From assembly GCF_009914755.1 (NCBI RefSeq), contig NC_060933.1: a stretch of DNA of 64,000 bases; one strand, given 5' to 3'. Shown in pieces: positions 54,701-64,000 of this stretch. The position numbers and the translations under genes were made by a program. Within the stretch, counting starts at the first letter, position 1; each line of letters opens with the position of its first letter. The stretch comes from the human T2T-CHM13v2.0 reference genome, Homo sapiens. The notes below the pieces were generated by a model. It ran no database searches. It worked only from the letters and a program-made list of their open reading frames with translations, and was not told where the DNA came from.

Positions 54701-55348
54701 CAAGATATAACTCCCCAGGGTTTTCAGTGGCAAGTTAAGGGGTTCCAAGGAGGAGCCAGGAATGAGGCAGTCACAGATGGGAACATTTATTTCTTTGAGA
54801 GTCTTCCGTTTAAGATGTTCTCAGAGTTTTGGATGAGCTAAAGGGCTCTTCAGGCTAGAACTTGGTCTTGGAGGGCAGCTTCCCTTCCACCTGGCCATGT
54901 TTATCTTACTTCCATTAGAAGGCAAGATGCCAACTTTCCTATTCAATGAAGTGTTTAGATTCCATGAGGTTTGTAAATAGCCTCTGGGAACTCCTTTCTG
55001 AAACTTCCCATAGGACTTCTAAACTCTCCTTAATCAGAGCAGATTGCAAGAGCAAATGCTTCTTATTATGGGTTTTAAAAAGGTGAGTAGACCATAGATA
55101 AAAATCATAGTAAAAGTGGGAATTTGAGGAAGGTCTGTTTGCTCAGGAAAATTTTCTAAATTTCAAGGTTATAAATGAAACTGTAGATGATCACTCAGGC
55201 AGGATGTGGTTTAGTTTCTTCATGACCATGATAATGTTTTTCACATAAAAAGATAAGTAGTACTCATAGAATGATGTAGAGAAAATCATTTTGTTTGAAA
55301 GAATAAATTGTTCAAGCATTTGTAGGCAGTCATTCAGTTTTAAGTAGC

Positions 55349-55396
55349 TACAGACAACCCTTATCTGTTCAGTTACAGACAATCCTTATCTGTTCA
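55349..55396. repeat. 25-bp tandem duplication
   Basis: tacagacaaYccttatctgttca twice, period 25. Confidence 0.9.
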
Positions 55397-56329
55397 TGGC
55401 AAGTAGCCACATACTTTTCACCAATATCCTTTTCTGTAGCTCCCCAGTGAAGAGTTGACATTAAAGTTCCAGGGTGGAGTTGGAGTAATTTTGTTTTCCT
55501 CCAGGGGACACAAGTGCAGAGAATGGATAAAACACAAACACTAACAGAGAATAGATAAAGCTTCACTCTTTAATGCCACCTCCTGGAGCCCATATGAAAC
55601 CCAAGAGTGAAGAAAGCAAAGGGTTCTTAGGCATAATAGGGCATTAAGGATAACCATCTCTTATTTCTTTTCATTCCAGACAGGGTTTGGCCTGGCAGTT
55701 CAACCTGATTGCATGAAGGGTTGTGGTAGGCAGAGATGTCTGATTGCCTTTGAATTCTTTGTTTTCTAACCAGAGGGGAGATAGTTCTTTCAACAGAAAG
55801 TCCCAGCAAGTGCAACAACAACCGCGGCCTGGTGTGCCTCTACTTGCCTTGGCTGCCTCAGAAAGAGCCCTGAACACTCCTCCTAGGGCCTGTCTATGAA
55901 ACCAACTGGATGTAGTCTTATTATTTATCAGAAGTTGCCAAGCAAGCAGTGGTAGACAGCAGGCTTTCAGGGAATTATCCCAGGGATTCCTTACCAGTCT
56001 TCAACCAGATATCACACCAGAGCAATACATATTCCCCATGCAAGAAGCAGAGTAAGCAATCCATACCCTTAGATACATAACACTGATTAGTGCCTCTGTT
56101 GTTAAAGTTATTTCCCTTTGTATAAGATGTATTCAATGTTTCAATGTTTACAGTGAATTTAAGAGGTAGATATAATAGTTATGGTGAAAACCCTCATTTT
56201 GCAGAAGAGAAAACAGAACATTGCCTATGCAAAATGAATCTACCAAGGTCCGCAGCTATTAAGTGCAAAGTACAGGATTTAAACCTGTTTTGAAAAAATT
56301 GACAAAGTCTCAGGGCCTTGTCCTGGGTC

Positions 56330-57085
56330 CATTCATTCCATTCAGTCACATATATTCTAACTCATTCATTCATTCCTTTAGCAAGGATGAATAGAGCACC
56401 TGCTACGTTACAAGCCCTACTCTAGGTACTCAGGTTACGTCACAGAACAAGAAAGACACAAACATTTGCCTCTGCAGTAAGATATAGAATAAAATATGTA
56501 TAATGTCTCCCTTTCCATTGTCAGCCATCACCTTGCGCAGCACGGCTTTCTACTTAAAGAGTGTTTATTGTGTAGGCGAAGTGGGCACAGACAACGGACG
56601 ATAATCACAATACCAGTTTAAATACTAGATAAAAGGTGCTAAGTGATCTGGAAGAAAGAGAGGAGGGCAAAGGAGATCAGAAGTGTTAGGTAGAAGGACA
56701 ATTACAGTTTTAAGTAGGATGACTATGGTAGTCCTCATTGAAAAGGTAAATTTGAGTTTGAATAAGCTCCAGAGAGGAATCTGGGAAAGAGCTTTCCAGG
56801 CAGAGGACAAAGCAAGAGAAGAGATTCTAAGGTGCCAGGCATGGCTAGAGCCTTGCCTGTGAGTGACGGGAGAGTAGTGGAAGCTGAGGTTTGCAAGATA
56901 ATGGGGCCAAATCATGGGGGCCCATACAGGTCATTGTGATGACTTAGGCTTTTACTCTGTAAAAACTGTAAAGTCACTGCTGAGTTTTGAGCACTGAAGT
57001 GGCATAATCAAATTATATTTTTTCAATGATTCCATTGGCTGCTGGGTTAATATTAGTTTGAAGGGGGCCAGGGTAGAAGCAAAAA
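56330..57085 (-). mobile_element. L2 LINE
   Basis: cattcattcattc..gagcacctgctacg..ggggccaaatcatggggg..ttaggcttttactctg..gggggccagggtagaagca. Confidence 0.8.
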
Positions 57086-59060
57086 ATTCAAAGAAGGCAT
57101 ACAACAGAGACAGTAAAATATGTGCATGAAAGCCTTCCAGTTTGTCCTGGGTATTTATGAAGACACCTCACATTCTCTTTTTGCAGTGAAGTGAGCATGA
57201 TATGACTCGGTTTTGCCTAGAAGCGACATCACCATTTCCAGGCCTGGCCCTAAAACCTGACATGTGTTCTAAACTCTGCTCCTTCTGCAGCAACCATTGA
57301 GACCCTGTGTTGTGGATGAAAGCATTGTAGGGTGGAAGGAGCTGAGGTCCTCAATGACAGCGTGGAGCACAACCACCCCTTCCCATGCCAACCACACTGG
57401 GCTGTGACTTGAGTAGTTTTGGAAACTATAAAAAAGAACATTTTGTAAAAATTCCTTGTCCCTCTCTATTTCTTTCAACCTTGTTGCCAGAGATTGTTGA
57501 GATTAACTTCCTGTTTTTATTTTTCAAAGCAAGAAGAGCAGGGCACGGGTCAAATGCACCTCTTCTCCACATCTCCCCAACAGCTGCTTAAAATCATGCC
57601 TCTGTCCTATCACACTTTTCAACATCACAGCCTGCCTCGGGGACCTAAGACACTTATTATGGAGAATCTCTAAGTCACTCTGTGCCGAATGTGGAAAAAG
57701 AAAACACTATAACCACAACAATCATTAAAATTAAAATAAATTTGTTTTCCCTTTCTTCCTAAAAATATATCAAATTATTGGCAAGGTTTCCTTGAACATT
57801 TCAGCATGTTTACTATTTGTTTGAATTCTTTTCTAAGCAGATTGTCATTCACTATACCAGTTGTTGAAAATTATTTAAACTCCCCACACCACCAAATATA
57901 TATATAGAGAAAGACAAATAGAGAGATAGATATAGATATTCTTTTACCTTCCTTCAATTTGATGTTTTATCAGATACCTATGTTTAGAAAATTTCAAAGG
58001 TAGAAACCCAATTAGCCTTAATGATAGACAGGAAGTAAACTTTTCCCAAAGAAATTACCATAATTCTCCCTAAACAGCCTCTTGGACATAGAAAAGGGGA
58101 AATGAGGATTAATATGCTTACTACGTGCTGGGACTACACTGGGAACATTATTTAGAATATTTCATAAATATCTTCAGCATTACTCTTAGCCAGCTTGTGG
58201 TTAAGATGGAAGGAGCCAGTGCTAGTATTATCTTCTCTGACAAATGATAAGCAGGCACAAAGAGGTGACATGACTGTCACCATCCCACACTGCCAGGAAG
58301 AGCATATCTGGATGTGTGGGGCACATCACTGCAGATGCTATTACTTTCTTTTCCTGGAACAGTCAGAGGTAGAGAAACACTGCAAAACTGATACAGAACA
58401 ACTGGGGGATGCATAGCAGCACAGCAGTTTAGGAAACCACCATTGGATTTGGCCAGGACTGGGTGTGGATCTTGGTTTTGTCCCTTTCTGGATGTGGTCT
58501 TTGACAATGTTGCTCAGTCTTTCCGTGTGTCCTTAAACATCAGTAATGGCTATAGTATATTTAACATGGTCTCTGGCGTATTATGAGTACTCAAATTGTA
58601 GCCACTGTGTTTATTCTAGTACCACTAAAATGTCTCCTGATTTTGAAAGGAGCATCCCCAGAGCATTGTGTGGCTCATTTACAGATTTGTAAAATGTAAC
58701 ATTTACCTACACCCTCAATATCTGCTGAACACTTTCAATAGGCAGTGACCATGGGTCCTCCTTGAAGGTCATAACTAGTTAAGTCAGGAGGATTCTTCAG
58801 GGGTTTAGGAGAGAATGAGAGAGCTGACTCCCGGAAGTGGGAAGGGAATCACCCTGACTATTTCCTGTCTTTGCTGCTTTCCTTTCTCATAAGGGAGGGC
58901 TCTGGGAATGGGAGGCAGCAGCATCCTTGTCCATACTACACATCCTTTGTTCCCTCCCACCATGGGCAAGGAGGGATGGATTGTAGCATAGCCATGTGAG
59001 AACCATGGAGCAAAGGTGGAAGGCTAGAGGGCAGCAGGGAATCTAATTAGCACTAGTCAA

Positions 59061-59244
59061 TTATCTGTTCTATGCAACCTGATGAGTTTGCTGTCAGAGG
59101 GAATGCAAAAACAACAACAAAGAATTTGTTTTTCATCTTCATCTCTATGAGCTCCTGTGGTGCAACTGTCAGAAAGCACTTGCCCCAAATATTTTATTTA
59201 TTGTCAACTTTTGCAGAGAATGGAGTAATTCCCATGGGATCTGC
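59061..59244. repeat. Dispersed duplicate, copy 1 (partner 61674-61838)
   Basis: Collinear blocks including an identical 20-mer ctgtcagaaagcacttgccc (59166-59185). Confidence 0.88.
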
Positions 59245-59363
59245 TAGGTAGGTTAATGGACTGAGAAGATTAATAAATTATAGACATGGTACTTTGTGCA
59301 ATGTACTAATGTGTATTGAACATTATTTCATTAGATCATTACAAAAGATTGCCATCTGATGAT

Positions 59364-59734
59364 GTTTTCTGTTGCTATAACAGAATACCTAAGACTGGGT
59401 AAGTTATAAAGAAAATAAGTTTATTTCTTCCAGTTCTGGAGGCTGGGAAGTGGAAGAGCATTGTGCCAGCACCTGGTGAGGGCCTTCTTGCCGTGTTACA
59501 CATGATGGTAGGTGAAAGCTCAGTAAGAGAGGAAGTATGAGGGGCAGAACTAGCTTTATAAAACCCACTCTGAGGATAACTAGCCCACTCCTGGCATAAA
59601 GGCTTTAATCCATTCATGAAGGTGGAGTCCCCATGACCTAATCACTTCTTAAAGACCACACCTCTTAATACTGATACAATGGCACTTACATTTCAACATG
59701 AGTTTCGGAGGGGACAAACACTCAAACTACAGCA
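59364..59734 (-). mobile_element. MSTC/MSTD-like MaLR LTR
   Basis: tgctataacagaatacctaagactgggtaa..ttctggaggctgggaagt..taatccattcatga..tttcaacatgagtttcggaggggacaaac. Confidence 0.9.
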
Positions 59735-60080
59735 GTAGCTATCCCCTTTTTAGAGATAAGAAAAATGCATTTAGCAAAGTTACATAGCCAGAAAGTGTCA
59801 GAGTCAGAAATCTACCCAGGATTGTCTACTCTAGCCTCTTAAGCACCCATATCTCTCTATTACATCTCCACATTTAAAACAAAAGCCATGGCATATGATT
59901 CTACACTGTTGAGGGGACTTTAGGGTGCTTGCTGTTTGAGCCCCTGAGACAGGCCTCACATCCAGTGGAGCTGGTGTCTGGCCTCAGACTGCAAGAGGAG
60001 AAAGTGCACATCTGTTAGTCTTTAACATGCATCATTGAAATTCTTGCAAGGAGTCTGGATGGAGCTGGTGTTCTTCCCTG

Positions 60081-60165
60081 TGCGTGACCTTAGGCCAGCC
60101 AGTGGCCAGCAAGAGAGAAACACACCAAGGTTCCCAGGGAGGCTCTGAACAACTCTTTCCCGGAA
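60081..60165. promoter_or_regulatory. Candidate signal-responsive motif cluster
   Basis: TGCGTGACCT (AhR core plus NR half-site) 60081; TTCCCAGGGA (EBF-like) 60131; TTCCCGGAA (STAT GAS) 60157-60165. Confidence 0.35.
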
Positions 60166-60267
60166 TTGCTTTTCCTGCCCAACCTAGTGTGAAAGGAATG
60201 TGGTGAGTGGTACATCCAGGGAGATGGCCTACACGGATACCTTCTTTGTGTCTCTTATTATCTTTAG

Positions 60268-60385
60268 GTTTTTACTGATGCCCTGCACAGAGAGAGGTCT
60301 GTAAAGTGGCAAGCAGGAGTCTGCTACAATGGAGGAAAGGATTTTGCTGTATCTCTTGCCAGGCCCAAGGCTGCAGAGGGAATTG
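60268..60385 (+). other. Candidate spliced exon, 118 nt
   Basis: Polypyrimidine cttctttgtgtctcttattatctttag acceptor; ttg/gtaata donor; unique sequence. Confidence 0.4.
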
Positions 60386-61192
60386 GTAATATACTTCATT
60401 TAATAATAGTGTTTTAAGGGACATTATCATTTCATCCTATGTGGTAGATGTGATCATCTTCATCTCACAGATGAAAAGAGACAAACCTGGGATTCAGAGG
60501 TACTTGCCTATGAGTTTCTTACAGATTTCCTCTTACAATCCAGAACTGCTGATTCCTGGGTCAGTGTCCTTTCCAATATGGCATCTTAGGCATGGCAATA
60601 AGTGAGATCTAAAAGCTAGTTATTTGATGCTTGGACAAAGGCTTAGGGCATGGGCTTTGACCTAATGAATCAGTAGATTCTAGTCTAATATTTTAAAGGA
60701 TTTGAAATGATTCCAGTTTATAAGCCCCTTTAACTGTCTTCTAAGATGTGGCTAAACATTCCAACCTTCCTTAGCTCAAAAGTGGACAAAACAAGAGATT
60801 ACACATGTTGATACTTTGGGAGTCATAGAAAATTCACATATACATAGGCAGAGTGGTTCTGTAATTAACCAAATCTTTAGAGGTCCAAGGTTAACAGTAT
60901 TGACCATTCATAATTAGCCATAAACTCAGACATTTTAAAAGCCTCATGAAAATAGAAGTATAGTTTTCAAATGTTACAGACCCCAAACACCAGTGTTTTA
61001 TTGCCTACAGCAAGCATAGCTCACAGATCATCACAAGGCCTTGCACAAAGGAAGCCCAGTGAATATTTGTAGATCCGATTTAATTAATGAAGGCACAAAC
61101 CCCCTGGCTTTCTTGCTGGGTTTCATGACATCTTATTAAACACACTTTATTTAGCAAGCTTGGTTATTTGCTTTTTTTTTTTTGTCTCCCAG

Positions 61193-61202
61193 CAGATTGA
61201 AT
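61193..61202 (+). other. Candidate microexon, or start of a terminal exon
   Basis: tgc-T12-gtctcccag/cag acceptor, then attgaat/gtaagt donor; aataaa at 61288. Confidence 0.3.
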
Positions 61203-61673
61203 GTAAGTGACTTGGAAAAGGAAGAGGAGTTGCCAGAAACAGCTAAAATGTCAGTAGAAGACTTGACAGCTTGAGAATAGAGGAAAAAATAAAAGCGAAG
61301 CAGACAAAAAGAACCTTACCTCCCCCACAATACAACATTGGGCTGCTGAACCCACAAAAATCTAAATCCGTTTAGAATCATCTATTTAACTCCTCAGAGA
61401 CATGCACAAACTATTCTAGAGAGGCTTGTGCCTACGAAGATTACTTAAGAATGTGTTGACACATTTGGAGGGGGTTAATTTACCAGTTATCATTTACTAG
61501 AAAGGCTTTTTCTATAAGAATATATGAAAGAGTTTCCTCGGAGCATTCAACCGGGCTTCTTTGTAGGGTATGTGTACTGCTTGGAGCTACGGAAGACCAC
61601 GTCCTAGAAGTGCTGTGTCCCTGAGGCACACCTATGTGTGTTATCTCTCTGGCATACTTTCCAACAAGGATTC

Positions 61674-61838
61674 TTTTCTAGTCTATACATTCTGATTAAT
61701 TTGCAGTCAGAGGCAATGCAAAAAGCATTCCTTTTCATCCTAATCTCTGTAAGCTCCAATATGGTACAGCTGTCAGAAAGCACTTGCCCTGAAGATTTCC
61801 TTTATCATCAACTTTTAGAGTAAATGGTATAGATCTGC
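61674..61838. repeat. Dispersed duplicate, copy 2 (partner 59061-59244)
   Basis: Identical 20-mer at 61770-61789 plus the tttgcwgtcagaggsaatgcaaaaa block. Confidence 0.88.
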
Positions 61839-61952
61839 CACTGCCTATTCTGGTTTCAAGATTTGGTCTTACATCGTTTTTTTCCTTTTTGTGGCAAACA
61901 AAATACAAAAACAAATCAGCAAACAAAAAATGAAAACAAAGGAACAGACATT

Positions 61953-62060
61953 TATATATATGTATGTATGTATATATATACATACATATATGTATACATA
62001 TATGTATGTATATATATACATACATATATATATAGACAGAGAGAGAGAGAGAGAGAGAGA
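61953..62060. repeat. (TA/TATG)n plus (GA)n microsatellite
   Basis: Direct read. Confidence 0.95.
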
Positions 62061-62081
62061 TATGTTTGCATGTATAGTTAG

Positions 62082-62439
62082 TGATATGGTTTGGCTCTGT
62101 GTCCCCTCCCAAATCTCATCTCAAATTGTACACTCATAATTCCCATGTGTTGTGGGAGGGACCCTGTGGGAGATAATTTGAATCATGAGGGCAGTTTCCC
62201 CCATACTGTTCTCGTAGTATGTGTGAGTAAGTCTCACAAGATCTGATGGTTTTATCAGGGGTTTCCGCTTTTGCATCCTCTTCATTTTCTCTTGCCACCG
62301 CCATGTAAGAAGTGCCTTTCGCCACCTGCCGTAATTCTAAGGCCTCCCTAGTCATGTGGAAATATAAGTCCAATTAAACCTCTTTTTCTTCCCAGTCTCA
62401 GGTATGTCTTTACAAGCAGCATGAAAATGGACTAATACA
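62082..62439 (+). mobile_element. THE1C-like solo LTR
   Basis: tgatatggtttggctctgtgtcccc...ggactaataca; TSD gttag/gtcag. Confidence 0.94.
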
Positions 62440-62899
62440 GTCAGATAGATGATAGATATAGATATAGAAGTAGATATATAGGTATGGATTTAATGTAATT
62501 GTTGTTAGCAATGAATTATGAGCAAATTGTCTGTAGAATGCAAGACAGAAAGAAGCCTTCTTTCTATGCTGAGTTTATCCATATTCCTATGACACTGATA
62601 ATTAACACTGTACCAATTAATTAATTAGTACAATTAACATGTATTGATTAGTCACTGTCCATAAGCAAAGCCCCGAGTTTGACTGAGGTGTAAATTCAGT
62701 GTGTGGCTCTAGTATGAATGAATGAATAAATCATATTGATGTGCGTCATGGGGGCAAGGCATAGATTTACTGTGCTAATCCACGAAGATTTCTTAAAGAG
62801 TTAATCACTAGACATAATGTATAATGTCAATAATGGACATAATGATGGATTAAAAATGTCAATGGTAGAAATAATGATGGCAATACAGAAAAGAGTTAC

Positions 62900-63120
62900 A
62901 TTTTATTGGATATCTGGTGTTTGTCTAAAATAATTCTTACTACTTTATCTATACTCTCACAATAAATCCTCATAAGAACACATTGAGACAGAAGTCATTA
63001 GCTGCTCATTATTGAACAGGAAACTGAGAATCAAGGAGGTTAACTCAAAACCCCAATTCACTCAGCTAGTAAGTGACAGAACTGGGATTTCACCCTAGGT
63101 CTGCTTGTCTTTAAAATCCC
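62900..63120 (-). mobile_element. MIR SINE
   Basis: aggaaactgagaatcaaggaggttaa..cagctagtaagtgacagaactgggattt. Confidence 0.8.
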
Positions 63121-63215
63121 TCCCTCCTCCACCCTTCTTTCTATTTTTCACCCTCCCCCACTTTTTCTTCTCCCCTCTTCTTTTTCTTCTCCTTTTTCTT
63201 CTTCTTCGTCCACTC
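63121..63215. repeat. Pyrimidine-rich low-complexity tract
   Basis: Nearly pure C/T. Confidence 0.8.
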
Positions 63216-63759
63216 CTTAATGCTAGCTAAGCTCATAGATGTCTTCTTTGATGTATTATCCCTGATATCCTTTTCAAGAGTAAAATGATTAAAAATATAA
63301 GCATAAACATTTATTGACACCTACTTTTTACAAAGCACTGTGGCATTAAAACTTGCAATTTATAAAAGAATGGGGCAATAGAGCACATGTTTGCTAAATG
63401 CTTATGATGAATCAGGTACTATATATTTTACATTACCACTTTTTAATCTTCTCAATAACAATATCTATTTTATTCTCATTTTACAAGTGAAGGGACTGCA
63501 GCCAAGAAAGTGTAAGGAAGAAACTGGTATAGAATTACATGTCCTGTAGAAACTCTGACTTGCCTAAATAGTAACCAATTCAGGCAATGTCTTTTTAGCT
63601 GGGCCAAGACACACAGAAAGGAGTGATGCTCTGAACCTCTAGGACTGAAGGGCTTGCACAGCCCCTGTGCTCAAGCACACACAGAGCCTCAAATGGAATG
63701 TTTTGGAGACATTCTTATACAGAATATGGGAGGTATAAATTCCAGAGGGCCATTTGATG

Positions 63760-64000
63760 GTAAGTTATCAAATAGGTAAAAGAGTTTATTGGCTGACCGA
63801 ACAGTTACATTCCTATAAATGATATGATGAATGCTAAAAAAAAATGCATGTATACAGTGATGCTCTTTGTGCATGCTCTTAAAAGAAATAGTAAACAAAA
63901 ATGGTATAAAGTAAAAGTTAAACTCAAATAATATAGACACTTCATAAAATAATAGCATTGTCATACAATGGAACAAAACGCAGCTGTTAAGATGACTTAC
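63760..64000 (+). mobile_element. Old L1M 3' region fragment
   Basis: atttgatggtaagttatcaaa..catacaatggaacaaaacgcagctgttaa resembles L1ME 3' sequence. Confidence 0.45.

Noticed and set aside
61312-61350. Minus-strand donor GAG/GTAAGG with a possible 23-26-nt exon
   Set aside because: The upstream polypyrimidine tract is poor; an isolated donor match is expected by chance.

Overview
Primate (human-like) non-coding genomic DNA: AT-rich, CpG-poor, and dense in Alu, L1, L2, MIR, MaLR/ERVL LTRs, hAT elements and a mariner. No intact protein-coding gene is supported; every listed ORF is repeat-derived or short enough to be chance. The main recognisable elements are a near-complete THE1 provirus (6325-8443, minus), a full-length Hsmar1 interrupted by an AluY (13634-15239), a MADE1 MITE (24462-24541), and a ~7 kb MER52-type class I provirus (38508-45484, 4-bp TSD GTTC) carrying a nested Alu/THE1, a deletion and an internal inversion. 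The strongest unexplained structures are: a locally templated Alu+L2 mosaic ending in a 25-bp-stem hairpin (49882-50059); a ~170-180-bp element duplicated 2.6 kb apart with a box C/D-like layout (59061-59244 and 61674-61838), which brackets candidate + strand exons (60268-60385, 61193-61202); and a young 93-bp tandem duplication (19251-19436). I cannot identify the locus. Repeat subfamily names come from recalled consensus features, not a database search. No novel multi-gene system is demonstrated.
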